Below, one piece after another: positions 8,799 through 18,499 of a stretch of 64,000 nt of DNA. The DNA is from Capsulimonadales bacterium (GTDB taxonomy: Bacteria; Armatimonadota; Armatimonadia; Armatimonadales; Armatimonadaceae), in contig JANRLW010000077.1 in assembly GCA_033762295.1 (NCBI GenBank), forward strand, positions 18,151 through 82,150, read 5' to 3'. The translations under genes and the position numbers were made by a program. Below the pieces are notes generated by a model. It was not told the origin of the DNA. It saw only the letters and a program-made list of their open reading frames with translations, and searched no databases. The stretch's first letter is position 1. Each line of letters opens with the position of its first letter.

Positions 8799-11333
8799 CT
8801 AATCCTTCAGAAGGCGGGTCGTGACGAAGATCAGGATTTCGGTGTTACGGCGTTCCCGGTTCCGCCGCTGGAAGAGCTGGCCGAGAATCGGCAGGTCCCC
8901 GATCAGCGGCACCTTGCTCAGGTTGTCGACGTCGGCCTGTCGGATCAGGCCGCCGAGGGCGAAGGTTTCGCCGTCCTTGACGCGCACGGTGGCATCGACA
9001 TACCGGGTGGCGATCTGCGGGAGCCGCACCTGCCCGGCCTCGATGAACCCGGAGATGATGGAGATTTCCGGATGCACATAGACGGTGATGCTACCGTCCG
9101 GGCTGGTTTTACCCGTACAGTTCAGCGTGATACCGACGCTCGCGGTTTCGGTCTGAACGATCTGTCCCTGCGGGGTCTGCTGGATGTTGACGACATACCG
9201 GATCTGGTCTCCGATGAACGCCTTGCCGGGAGTCCCGTCGATCGCCGTGAAGTTCGGCTTCGCCAGGGTGCGAGCCTTGTTCTTCTGTTCCAGAGCGAAG
9301 AGCTTGGCATCGATCGTGTACGGTGAGCGGAAGATCGCGCCGACCTGGGATTCGCGGGCCGGGGCTTTGGCGTTCAGAACGAGTCCTCCCTGATCCTTTT
9401 CGCCGACCGTGATGATTCGGCCGACATCATAGGTCAGACCGAGATCGCGGGTGTTCTCCTGGGTGGTTTCCACGATCCGCGCTTCGAAGACGATCTGCGG
9501 CACCTTGATATCGATCTGGGTCAGGACTTCCCGGGCGCGAGCGATCGCTTCGGTCGTGCCGGTGAGCAGCAGGGTGTTGCCGGGTTTTCCGGACGGGTTC
9601 TGGCTGACGGAGGTGTTCGCGCCGACCGCCGCCTCGGCGTTGCCGACCGGCGAGGCGTTCTGTCCGTTCGCCGTCGCATTGGTGATCGGGTTCACCGGGG
9701 TATTGGTGACCGTGGAGGCCGATCCGCCGAGGGTGTTCGGCTGGAACCCCTGCGCCGGTCCGGGCTGGACGCTGACCGCGGGAACCAGGCGGTTCAGGGC
9801 GGAGATCAGGTCGATCGCCGACGAGTAGCGGATCACATAGACCTCGGTCGGGCGGGCCGACAGAAGGGCGTTTTCCCGGGCCTTGGCCTGCGCCTCTTTG
9901 GCCGGCGCTTCCAGCAGGGCCTTTTCCGTCTCGTCGACAAACTGCTGAATCGCATTGACCTCGATCTGGGTGCCCGTGACGACGATGACGCCGCCCTTCG
10001 GCACGACCTTTTCGACCACCATGCGGTCGGTCGAGGTGTTGGAGGAGGACGTTCGCACGCCGGCCGCCGGAGCGCCGTTAGCCGCGGGACTGCCACCGAC
10101 CGCCCCGTTGGTTGCGCTCAGGGCGTTCGCCGTGGCCGTCTTTCCTTCGGAGCCGACACTGACGACGGAGACACGTTCCTTCACCGCCGGAAACGCGCGT
10201 TCGATCGCTTCCTTCAGGGACACGCCATCCGAGAAGATGAACGGGATGGTGGAGGTTATCTGGACGCCGACCGAGGCTCCCTGGACCAGTTTCGCCACCG
10301 CGTCGGCGCTGCCGACCGCGTAGGTGGTATTGATCCGCGCATATCGGTAACCGGACAGATTGACGACGGTATCGAGCGCCTCGCGGAAGGAGACACGCCG
10401 CAGGGAACAGGTGACGTTGCCCTTCACATCGGTGCTGGTCACGATGTTGATCCCGGACTGGAGCGAAAGCGCCTTCAGGACATCATTGATATCGGCGGCG
10501 ACAAAGTCGAGAGAGACGCGTCGTCCCTCCTCGGGAGCCTCCTCGGTCCGTCGGGCGGTCGTGCTGGCGGTTCGGAAAGGCACCTGCACCGCCGTTTCCG
10601 CGATGTCGGCGGCGTCCGCGGCGACGGTCCGCGTCGTGACGACGGGCTTGACCCCGGTCAGCAGTTGCGGATAGGTTTTGACGGCCTTGATCGTTCGTAC
10701 CGCCGGTTTCGCGGGCAGAGCCAGTTTGCCGGACGTCTTCTGTTCGGTGACGATCGGACTCGCCACACGGACGATCGGCGCGGTGACCGGGGTTTCGACC
10801 GGTTTCACGGCCGGTTTTACGACCGGAGCGGGAGCCACGGCGGCGACCGCTTTGGGCGCGGTGTTGAGGACGATCTCCCAGCGGGTCCGATCGGCGGACG
10901 GTTCGGCGCGGAACGGCAGGATACGGGCCGTATTCGCCACGATCCGGACCTGCCGGGGCGTATCGGTGAACTGCCCGGCGCGGATGCTCAGAACGCCATT
11001 TTTTCGAACCGGGGTGATCCCGCGACGTCCGGCATTCCAGGTACCGCTGATCGTGATCACGGTAGCGGACGGGCGGGCATAGTTCCGAATGTCCGGGGTG
11101 AACGGCTGGCTTCCGACAAGGATGATCCGGGTCTCCTGATCGTCGGAACGCACTTCCATCCGGGTAATCTGCGACGGCTGCGTTTTGACCGCCTGTCCGG
11201 AAGCGGCCTTGACGGTGGTAACGGTCCGTGCGGCGCTGTCCCCGCCGGTCGCCGGAACCTGGGCTGCCACGGGGGTGACGATCCCAAATATCGCGAGCGC
11301 CAGCGTATACACGTTCTGTTTAGTTGGTTGCAC
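8799..11333 (-). CDS. pilQ: Secretin (PilQ/GspD family) with N-terminal AMIN-like region
   Basis: VSLDFVAADINDVLKALS (N0/STN), QIVFEARIVE and VKDGETFALGGL...SKVPLIGDLPILGQLF...EILIFVT. Start GTG 11333 after AGGAG; lies downstream of pilMNO. Confidence 0.85.
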   Translation of the reverse strand: MQPTKQNVYTLALAIFGIVTPVAAQVPATGGDSAARTVTTVKAASGQAVKTQPSQITRMEVRSDDQETRIILVGSQPFTPDIRNYARPSATVITISGTWNAGRRGITPVRKNGVLSIRAGQFTDTPRQVRIVANTARILPFRAEPSADRTRWEIVLNTAPKAVAAVAPAPVVKPAVKPVETPVTAPIVRVASPIVTEQKTSGKLALPAKPAVRTIKAVKTYPQLLTGVKPVVTTRTVAADAADIAETAVQVPFRTASTTARRTEEAPEEGRRVSLDFVAADINDVLKALSLQSGINIVTSTDVKGNVTCSLRRVSFREALDTVVNLSGYRYARINTTYAVGSADAVAKLVQGASVGVQITSTIPFIFSDGVSLKEAIERAFPAVKERVSVVSVGSEGKTATANALSATNGAVGGSPAANGAPAAGVRTSSSNTSTDRMVVEKVVPKGGVIVVTGTQIEVNAIQQFVDETEKALLEAPAKEAQAKARENALLSARPTEVYVIRYSSAIDLISALNRLVPAVSVQPGPAQGFQPNTLGGSASTVTNTPVNPITNATANGQNASPVGNAEAAVGANTSVSQNPSGKPGNTLLLTGTTEAIARAREVLTQIDIKVPQIVFEARIVETTQENTRDLGLTYDVGRIITVGEKDQGGLVLNAKAPARESQVGAIFRSPYTIDAKLFALEQKNKARTLAKPNFTAIDGTPGKAFIGDQIRYVVNIQQTPQGQIVQTETASVGITLNCTGKTSPDGSITVYVHPEISIISGFIEAGQVRLPQIATRYVDATVRVKDGETFALGGLIRQADVDNLSKVPLIGDLPILGQLFQRRNRERRNTEILIFVTTRLLKD

Positions 11334-12051
11334 GAGCGTCCTCTCCTGATTTTCCTTTGCCGATACGTACCGTGACACGGCGATGTCCGGCCTTATCCTC
11401 GATATCGACGCCGTCCGCATGAACGGCGACCACTTTATATCCGTTGCCGACGAAATCTCCGACCGTGACGAAGCGACGATCGTCGCCCTTTTCACCGTCG
11501 ACGCGCATGATCGCGATATTGGCCGTGCCGGTTGCGCGGGAATCGGCCATCACCACACCGGTCACCATCAGGGGCGGCGGTGGGGCCGCCTCCTGAACGG
11601 CGACCTTGATACCGGCCTGTCCGGCATTCACTCCCTTGGCCAATTTAAGGATATCAGCCAATCCCTGCATTTTTTGACCGGACGGGGGTGGCAACGGTCC
11701 GGGTGTCGGTAGCGGTCCGGGTGTCGGCAGCGGTCCGGGTGTCGGCGGAGGCGGGGTCTCCCGCGGCGCGGCGCTTCCGACCGGCATGAAGGGATCACGC
11801 CCGCCGAGGGGCCGATTGACCATCTGTTCCAGGTCGATGGGCGTGCCCGGGTCCGACGGAGCGGGCGTCCCGCCGACCGGAGCCGCCTGCGCGACCTGCG
11901 TTCCGGGGGGAGCCGGGGAGGCCGCGGCGGCGGGCGCATTCGTCGGTGCGGAAGCGCCGACGAACTGGTAAACACCATAACCGAAGACCAGAACAAACAT
12001 GCCGATCATAGCGAATAATTTCGGCTTATCTTTTTCATCTAACGGCTTCAT
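11320..12051 (-). CDS. PilP-position membrane-anchored, Pro-rich pilus assembly protein
   Basis: N-terminal TM, RDPF motif and a C-terminal beta domain (FVTVGDFVGNGYKVVAV); sits between pilO and the secretin. Confidence 0.6.
   Translation of the reverse strand: MKPLDEKDKPKLFAMIGMFVLVFGYGVYQFVGASAPTNAPAAAASPAPPGTQVAQAAPVGGTPAPSDPGTPIDLEQMVNRPLGGRDPFMPVGSAAPRETPPPPTPGPLPTPGPLPTPGPLPPPSGQKMQGLADILKLAKGVNAGQAGIKVAVQEAAPPPPLMVTGVVMADSRATGTANIAIMRVDGEKGDDRRFVTVGDFVGNGYKVVAVHADGVDIEDKAGHRRVTVRIGKGKSGEDARATN
11690..11743. repeat. 3 x 18-bp tandem repeat encoding TPGPLP
   Basis: GG(C/T)A(A/G)CGGTCCGGGTGTC x3. Confidence 0.85.
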
Positions 12052-12066
12052 GGAAATCCCTTTCGT

Positions 12067-12789
12067 CTAGACGCCCCGGGTCGTGGGATTCGGCGTCGAT
12101 GCGGAAGCGGCCTTTTCCGCTTCCGGTCTTGCCGTGTTCTGGTCGTCTTTGAAGACAAACCCGGTCAGAGTCAGTTTGGCGTTGACGCTTTTGGAGTATT
12201 TGTTATCGGTATTGATCGGCGTGATTTGCAGGTTCTCAACCGCGATGATCTTCTCGAAGGTCGTAAAACGATGCAGGAGGCGCGCGACATTCCAGTAGGC
12301 GCCGGTGACTTCCATATCGATATGGAACTTGTCATAGGGCCAGGGCTTGAACGTCTTGCGCTTCTCCTTGTCGGTGGGCGGATCCGGCGCGGGTTCGACG
12401 TTATAGGTTCCGTTCGGCCAGCCAAGGTCCATCTGATTCGCCAGAGTCTCCATCTGTTTCAGCAGGGTGGGCACGTAATCGCCGGGGGAGATCGACGTCT
12501 CCAGATAGCGGAGTTTCTGCTCGACGCGAGCATACTCGGTCTGCACCTCCGTCAGTTGATTGGCGATCTTGTTGGCGTTATCGACTTCCTCGTTTTTCTT
12601 TCGAACCTGAGCCTCGACCTGAGCGACGGCGGCGCTCTGCCAGGCGAACAGTCCGATGCTGACAAACAGAACGAAACCGGTGAGGCCGCCGAGCAGGGCG
12701 CAGGTCTGCCGGGACGGTTTAAGGGTAAACGGCGCTTTTTCCGGTTTTTTCGATGTCTCGGTCGCGTTCTCGGGCGTTTCCTTAGCCAT
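12067..12789 (-). CDS. pilO: Type IV pilus alignment protein PilO
   Basis: TM, coiled coil, then VPTLLKQME and MEVTGAYWNVARLLHRF...KIIAVENLQI; gene order; start ATG 12789. Confidence 0.8.
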   Translation of the reverse strand: MAKETPENATETSKKPEKAPFTLKPSRQTCALLGGLTGFVLFVSIGLFAWQSAAVAQVEAQVRKKNEEVDNANKIANQLTEVQTEYARVEQKLRYLETSISPGDYVPTLLKQMETLANQMDLGWPNGTYNVEPAPDPPTDKEKRKTFKPWPYDKFHIDMEVTGAYWNVARLLHRFTTFEKIIAVENLQITPINTDNKYSKSVNAKLTLTGFVFKDDQNTARPEAEKAASASTPNPTTRGV

Positions 12790-13417
12790 TGTTCTTACCT
12801 GCCTCTCCGGCGCCCGCCTGCGCGTTCTGAGCGGGTCCCTTGGTCTCTTCGGGTTTCGGGGCGGGCCGCAGATGGACGCCCAGATCAAACGAAAAACGGG
12901 TCACGGTTTCGCCCGGCGTACGGGGCACCTCTTTCGAGGATCGCAGTTCCACTCCGTCGAAAATCGGCTGTCGCCCGAGTCTTCGGTAGGTCTCGCCGAT
13001 GATGGTTTTGTTGGCGGCGATACCGGTCAGGTTGATTGTCATGTCCTCCGCGGCACCGGCGGTGGCCATGGTGGAGATCCAGGCATCCTCGGGGATGGAA
13101 GCGGAGATCGCCTGCATGACGGCTCGCCAGCGGTAGGTTTCGCGTTGCGCCTGCTCCAGCGTCTCCACTTTGGGCATCAGGGCGTCCTTGGCCTGGTTGA
13201 GCTTCTCGATCTCCTCCAGTTTGGGCTTGACCGTCGCCCAGCGTCGTTCCGCCCCGGCCAGGGACGCGTGAGCCGCGACCTGTCGTGCGCCGACATAGAG
13301 GATCACCGTCACCAGAATTCCGACGCTCCCCAGAAGTCCGACAAAAAGCTGGCGCGTCAAACGTTCGATCTTCTTCTTTTCTTCGCGACGCGCGGCAATC
13401 AGGTTAATATTCGGCAT
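12782..13417 (-). CDS. pilN: Type IV pilus alignment protein PilN
   Basis: MPNINL PilM-binding motif, TM, coiled coil and ISASIPEDAWI; start ATG 13417. Confidence 0.85.
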   Translation of the reverse strand: MPNINLIAARREEKKKIERLTRQLFVGLLGSVGILVTVILYVGARQVAAHASLAGAERRWATVKPKLEEIEKLNQAKDALMPKVETLEQAQRETYRWRAVMQAISASIPEDAWISTMATAGAAEDMTINLTGIAANKTIIGETYRRLGRQPIFDGVELRSSKEVPRTPGETVTRFSFDLGVHLRPAPKPEETKGPAQNAQAGAGEAGKNNG

Positions 13418-13439
13418 AGGATTCCTTTCTACGCTCTCC

Positions 13440-14561
13440 TTAGGCCTTGGCCGTAACGGAGGACATATATTCCTTGACCGCGAGTCCCAGACAGACAGCG
13501 AGTCGCGGCGCCTGATCGCGCAGCCATTCCTCCGCCTCGGGTGCGGCTTCGAACAGCGGGGAATCCAGCGCACTGGCCACGCGAGCATCGACGCCCAGGC
13601 GCGCGGTGACGTACTGGGGCAGTCCCATCATCTGCGCGGTCCCGCCGGAGAGAAGGATCTCCGCCAGCGGCTGCGTTCCGCGCGACTCGGCCACCTGCGA
13701 TTGATAGTAGGAGGCGGAGCGGCGCACTTCGCGCAGCAGTTCGTCGACCACCGACTGAAGGACACGTGCGGTTTCGAGCATCTCGGCATCGCCGCCCTGG
13801 ATCAGCACGGAAAGGTCCAGTTCGGTCTTGCGTCGCTCGGCTTCATTTTCATCGACGCGCAACTGGTTCTTGAGGGCGTCGGAGAGCGTATTTCCGGAGA
13901 TCGGGATCGATCGCGACAGCGCGAAATCCGGTCCCTGGAGCAGAATCACCTCGGTCTGGGTCGCGCCGATCTCGACCAGGGCGCGCAGGGCGCCGTCCTC
14001 GTAGTACCGGCGATTACAGTCGACCAGGGCGCGAACCAGCGCGAAGGAGGTCGTGTCGACCGCGGCGGCTTCCAGTCCCGCCTTTTCCACGCTTTCGATA
14101 CGCGCCTCCACCATTTCCTTGGGGGCGGCGACCATCATCACTTCCATCTGGTTCGGTTCGTCCGGGACCGCGCCCAGGATTTCGAACGCAAGCGCCGAGT
14201 CGTCGATGCTGGAGGAAACGAACTTACCGGCTTCGTAACGCGCCGACTTCAGCAGGGCGGCCTCGGGCATTCGGGGCATTTTGATCTGCCGGACCATGAC
14301 GGTCGGCCCGGAAACGGCCAGTACCGCGCTGTTGGCGGAGATGTTGGCGGCTTTCAGCATCTGCTTCAACGCCGAGGAGACGGCGCCGCGATCCGAAATC
14401 ACCCCATCGCGAAGCGCGCCGGCCGGCGTCTTCTGCTGCGCCGCGCGCACGATTCGAAAGCGATCCCGCTGCGGTTCCACCTGTACCGCCTTGAGGTTGG
14501 CGCTGCCAATGTCGATGCCGATAAAGGTCTCTTTTCCGAAAAGGGATGCCAGAGCGGACAC
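13440..14561 (-). CDS. pilM: Type IV pilus assembly actin-like protein PilM
   Basis: IGIDIGSANLKAV, LVEIGATQT, ILLSGGTA and CLGLA motifs. Confidence 0.9.
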   Translation of the reverse strand: MSALASLFGKETFIGIDIGSANLKAVQVEPQRDRFRIVRAAQQKTPAGALRDGVISDRGAVSSALKQMLKAANISANSAVLAVSGPTVMVRQIKMPRMPEAALLKSARYEAGKFVSSSIDDSALAFEILGAVPDEPNQMEVMMVAAPKEMVEARIESVEKAGLEAAAVDTTSFALVRALVDCNRRYYEDGALRALVEIGATQTEVILLQGPDFALSRSIPISGNTLSDALKNQLRVDENEAERRKTELDLSVLIQGGDAEMLETARVLQSVVDELLREVRRSASYYQSQVAESRGTQPLAEILLSGGTAQMMGLPQYVTARLGVDARVASALDSPLFEAAPEAEEWLRDQAPRLAVCLGLAVKEYMSSVTAKA

Positions 14562-14974
14562 GAGGGGTCCCTTCCTTTCGTCGGTCTGCCGACGTGAATA
14601 ATTGGTCGTGCCCGCGTCAATAGACGAGAACGAGGGCGAGGACAGACCTACACAACCGGATTATCGGAGGCTAGCGTCAGAAATGTAGGGAAAACTACGG
14701 GTCTGTGCGGAAACCCGTTAATAAAAAGGACGCAGCGAAATTTCGTTTCAGATCACTCGCCATATATGGAAAGAATAATGTGCGGTTCCCCCTCATCAAC
14801 CGGCAATGTTAACAGGGTTCCCCCTCCGGCCCCGGACCGATAAGAGAGTGTCCTTCGTTCCGGAGGCGTTCTGCTGCCGCTTCGGATACTTTCGCTCACG
14901 GAAGATGCTCTCCGTCCCTCGCCGTGGCGTAATTCGCACGATAAGGGTATGCTTCTTGCATAAAGCCACACCAA

Positions 14975-17470
14975 ATGGGAACCGGATTAGCGACTATCGA
15001 AAAAACACCCTTCGGAATGGAATCACACCCGCTTTCGCACCGGGGCAAGCCGGATCTTCTGCCGCTACCCGGCGATGATCTGTTGCCGCTACCCGGCGAT
15101 GATTTGCTGCCGCTGCCGGGCGACAACCGCCCTTCGCCTCCCCCGCCCGACGGTCTGGTTCCTGCCTCGGATGCCTTCCCCACCGTCCGCCCGGTCTCGC
15201 CACCCGGCGACGACCCCGCCGCCGAGGACGGCGGCCTGACCATCACCCAAACCGCCGGGGTCGATGTCTCCGCTCTGTTCCGACCGGAGAAGAAACCGCG
15301 TCCCGCAGCCAAACCCCGCGCCCGAAAAACGGAGGAGGAGCAGGAGACCGGTTACCGCTTTCCTTATGGCCGGACGATTCTCGAACCCACCCCGGACACC
15401 ACGCTGAATACCTTTACTCCGGGCACCTTCCAGGTGCGACTGGGCTGGCAACGCGGCAAAAACTTCGTACCGCTGATCGAATCCACGCCGCTGCGACCGT
15501 TCGCCCAGGTAACGCTCAACGGACAGAGGTACCCGGTCTTCTTCAATCAGCATTCGCGCAAGCGCCGGGATCGGGTCGTCTTCGGCGGCAAGCGCAAGAC
15601 CGCTCGTTCGGCGCGCTGTCTGCTCCGTTTCCTTACCTTTATTGACGGACGGGAGGATCGTCTCTCCTGGTACTGGCGCGTCGGCGCGACCGCCGCCGCC
15701 ATCTCCTACAACGAGAGTCAGCGTTCCGAAGACTCCCCCGATTCACCGATCGACGAGATCACGCTGCACCTGCCGTTCGCGCCGGGGAAAGCGCAGATCC
15801 TGACGCAGCCGGAGGCGCCGCACGTTCTCGCGCTCCATTTGAACGATTTCGTGATGACCGTGGCCGCCGGCGAGGTGACGGGTCTGCGTGAGGGATACGC
15901 GCCGAGCCTCAGTCACGATACGCGCGGGTTTACCCTGACGCTTCGCGGGGCCGATTTCTCCGGTCCGGGTATCGGAGCCACCTGGGAGACCTGGTTCGCT
16001 CCCGCCAAAACGGAAGCGGAGGTGCGGGCGGCCCTGTTGCGTCATGCCGGGGATATCGCCGACCGTCTGCAACGGCCGTTCTCCGGCGCGCCGGAGGAGC
16101 GTTCCCTTCTTCGCCTGATCGAGGAGAACGAAGCGGTTCTGATGCGGGAGGATCTGGTCAGCAAGCGAGGCGCCGAAAAGGGCGCCTACCATCCTCGTCC
16201 CGGCGATAAATCCTTTGTTTGTGGCGCGGGCGCGGATACCGCTCTGACCTGCGTCGCTCTGCTGGCACGGTTCTACATGACCGGCAACGATGCCCTGCGG
16301 CGACGGGCGCGTCTGGTCTCGCGCGGCGTCTGCGACTTTCAGATCAATGTGGAGGAAAGCACGCACTGGGGGGCGATCTGGGAGGCAAACGCCAAGAAGC
16401 AGTATACGGATATCCACGGAGAGGCAACGCTTTCGGTGACGACGACGGCGCGGGCGGCCAAAGGGCTGCATATCGCGCACGGGCATTTCGACGTCGAACT
16501 CCTCCAGCGCACGGCGCTCGCGGCGACCCAGTGGCTCCTTCTGAAGATGGGCATGGACGGCTTCATGCCGGCCGAACGCTTCGAGGAGAGCGGCGCGCCG
16601 ATCGACGGTCCGGCGGCGCCGTGGCTGGCCGGCGAACTGCTGATCCCCTTCGCCGAGACGTTCCGTGTCACGCAGAACGAGGTCTATATCAAGGTCGCGT
16701 TGCGGATCATCAATGCGATCCGGAACGGACTCGACGAGGGTTCCCTGCGGTACGAAATGGCGACCGCCGAGCATCTGGCGTCGGCGATCGAGGGGATTCT
16801 CCAGGTTTCGCGCGAGTATGAATCGGAGGCGATGATCGGGCTGGCGAAGCGGCTGATGGCCGGATTGCGCGTCCGCCGTCTGCCGGATGGCTCCTTCGGA
16901 GAGTCGCCGACGGCGGTCCCGACCTCTATGCTGACTTCGACCCTGGCCGGATGCCGCGCCGCCCTGGCGATGACCCGCGTCGATAACGACCCGCTGCATC
17001 TCCTGACCGCCCTGCGGGCGATCCGGCAGGCCGGCGCGATGGCGCGCGCCGCCGACGAACGCGGGGAATGGGTGCCGATCGCCGACCGGACAGGGCTTTT
17101 GCTGCACTCGATCGGTGTCTTGCTGGCGACCGCGGCGCGGTCGCCCAACACCGAAGCCGACCGGGATCGGGTGACGATCAAGCGCGGCTGGCAGACGTTC
17201 GCTCCGGACCCGGCGACCCGTGAATTCGTCCGGGTGAAGCGTCTCGACGACGAACCGGTCGACCATCTGGCGCTGGTCTGTCCCGTCAGCCATCAGGTGC
17301 TGGTCGTGGTGGTCGCGCCCCCCGATGTCGAGGAGGTGACGATCATCAAGAACGGACGCACGCCGTTCCTGCGCGGTCTGCTCGATAACTCCTACGACAT
17401 GCGCGCCGGTCTGATTCCGCTGGGCGATGGCAAGGAAGCCCGCATCGGCGTCTTCCTCGCCGATACGTAG
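14975..17470 (+). CDS. Hypothetical 831-aa protein with low-complexity N-terminus and probable (alpha/alpha) toroid central domain
   Basis: Long ORF filling the gap with typical codon bias; recurring helix-hairpin segments (YMTGNDALRRRA, RVTQNEVYIKVA, RVDNDPLHL) and DG(S/F) turns. Confidence 0.7.
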   Translation: MGTGLATIEKTPFGMESHPLSHRGKPDLLPLPGDDLLPLPGDDLLPLPGDNRPSPPPPDGLVPASDAFPTVRPVSPPGDDPAAEDGGLTITQTAGVDVSALFRPEKKPRPAAKPRARKTEEEQETGYRFPYGRTILEPTPDTTLNTFTPGTFQVRLGWQRGKNFVPLIESTPLRPFAQVTLNGQRYPVFFNQHSRKRRDRVVFGGKRKTARSARCLLRFLTFIDGREDRLSWYWRVGATAAAISYNESQRSEDSPDSPIDEITLHLPFAPGKAQILTQPEAPHVLALHLNDFVMTVAAGEVTGLREGYAPSLSHDTRGFTLTLRGADFSGPGIGATWETWFAPAKTEAEVRAALLRHAGDIADRLQRPFSGAPEERSLLRLIEENEAVLMREDLVSKRGAEKGAYHPRPGDKSFVCGAGADTALTCVALLARFYMTGNDALRRRARLVSRGVCDFQINVEESTHWGAIWEANAKKQYTDIHGEATLSVTTTARAAKGLHIAHGHFDVELLQRTALAATQWLLLKMGMDGFMPAERFEESGAPIDGPAAPWLAGELLIPFAETFRVTQNEVYIKVALRIINAIRNGLDEGSLRYEMATAEHLASAIEGILQVSREYESEAMIGLAKRLMAGLRVRRLPDGSFGESPTAVPTSMLTSTLAGCRAALAMTRVDNDPLHLLTALRAIRQAGAMARAADERGEWVPIADRTGLLLHSIGVLLATAARSPNTEADRDRVTIKRGWQTFAPDPATREFVRVKRLDDEPVDHLALVCPVSHQVLVVVVAPPDVEEVTIIKNGRTPFLRGLLDNSYDMRAGLIPLGDGKEARIGVFLADT
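15053..15124 (+). repeat. 3 x 24-bp tandem repeat encoding DLLPLPGD
   Basis: GAT(C/T)TnnTGCCGCTnCCnGGCGA repeated three times. Confidence 0.85.
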
Positions 17471-17486
17471 ACGTCCGCTCAGCCTC

Positions 17487-18455
17487 TCAGACCTGCCCGA
17501 ACGGTTCGCTGGCGGCGGACCGGGCGACAATCCGCAGCAGAGAGGCCAATACCTCCTCCCGGTGGACGCCGTGCAGGGCGAGCGCCATCTGCGTCTCAAT
17601 GTAGCCGTTCGGGACGCCCATATCGTAACGCGCCCCCCGGGTCTCCACCGCCACATACCGTTCGTTGGCGCGTAGCATCTCCTGCGAACTGGTCAACTGG
17701 ATCTCCCCCCGCTCCCGGATATCGTGGTCGATGTGGTAACGGAGGTAGTCGAAGAGGCTCGGCGGAAACACCGTGATTCCGAAAAAGCAAAGGTAGTAGC
17801 CCCGCTTGACACCGGTGGTCTGCAGGTTTTCCGCCGCGAATTCGATCGTCGGTTTTTCGACGATCCGGGTCACATCGTAGGAGGGCGGATCGCCTCCGAG
17901 GGGATGACCGGTGACGGTGCCGAACAGGTGCAGTTTGTCATCGGGGGTCTGCTGGACGGCGGAGACGGCGCAGCGGGCGACGCCGAACGTCTCGATCACC
18001 TGCTGGGCGCACCGTTTCTTGGCCTCGGAGATATAGATATGGTCTCCGAGCATCAACAGGAACGGTTCGTCGCCGACGAACTCCCGCGCCTGGTAGACCG
18101 CGTGTCCGAAGCCCTCCGGCGACGGCTGTTCGACAAAATGCAGGCGTTCCTGGATGCGGCGCAGGGCATCGGCCTGAGCGAGGGCCCACTCCTTGTCGCG
18201 GTAGAGACGTCGCTCGTCGTCCTGCATCCGGGAGAAGTGCCGACGGATGCTTTCCTCCCCGCCGGGACTGACGACGACACAGATATCCTCGATACCGGAG
18301 GCCAGACACTCCTCGATAATGATCTGGATCGTCGGTTTGGTGACGCCATCCCGGTCCACGAGCGGCAGCAGTTCCTTCTGGATGCTACGTGTCGCCGGAA
18401 ACTGCCGGGTGCCGCGTCCGGCCGCCGTTATCACCGCTTTTCGAACGATGCCCAT
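17487..18455 (-). CDS. galU: UTP--glucose-1-phosphate uridylyltransferase-like sugar-phosphate nucleotidyltransferase
   Basis: KAVITAAGRGTR, QKELLPLVD, EQPSPEGFGHAV, LGDH, VEKP, GEIQLT and RYDMG motifs; start may be 18455 or 18482. Confidence 0.8.
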   Translation of the reverse strand: MGIVRKAVITAAGRGTRQFPATRSIQKELLPLVDRDGVTKPTIQIIIEECLASGIEDICVVVSPGGEESIRRHFSRMQDDERRLYRDKEWALAQADALRRIQERLHFVEQPSPEGFGHAVYQAREFVGDEPFLLMLGDHIYISEAKKRCAQQVIETFGVARCAVSAVQQTPDDKLHLFGTVTGHPLGGDPPSYDVTRIVEKPTIEFAAENLQTTGVKRGYYLCFFGITVFPPSLFDYLRYHIDHDIRERGEIQLTSSQEMLRANERYVAVETRGARYDMGVPNGYIETQMALALHGVHREEVLASLLRIVARSAASEPFGQV

Positions 18456-18499
18456 TCGCTGTCCGCTCCGCTTTCCGGTCACGCTGGCCGTGACCCGAC

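Noticed and set aside
14700..14745. GGAAACCC...GGACGCA resembling a c-di-GMP-I riboswitch
   Set aside because: Wrong strand for pilM; lacks the GNRA-capped P2 stem and a convincing P3.
15053..15124. Tandem repeats (also 11690-11743, 47921-47990, 62616-62752, 63613-63846) as a CRISPR array
   Set aside because: No unique spacers; unit lengths are multiples of 3 inside coding frames; no cas genes.
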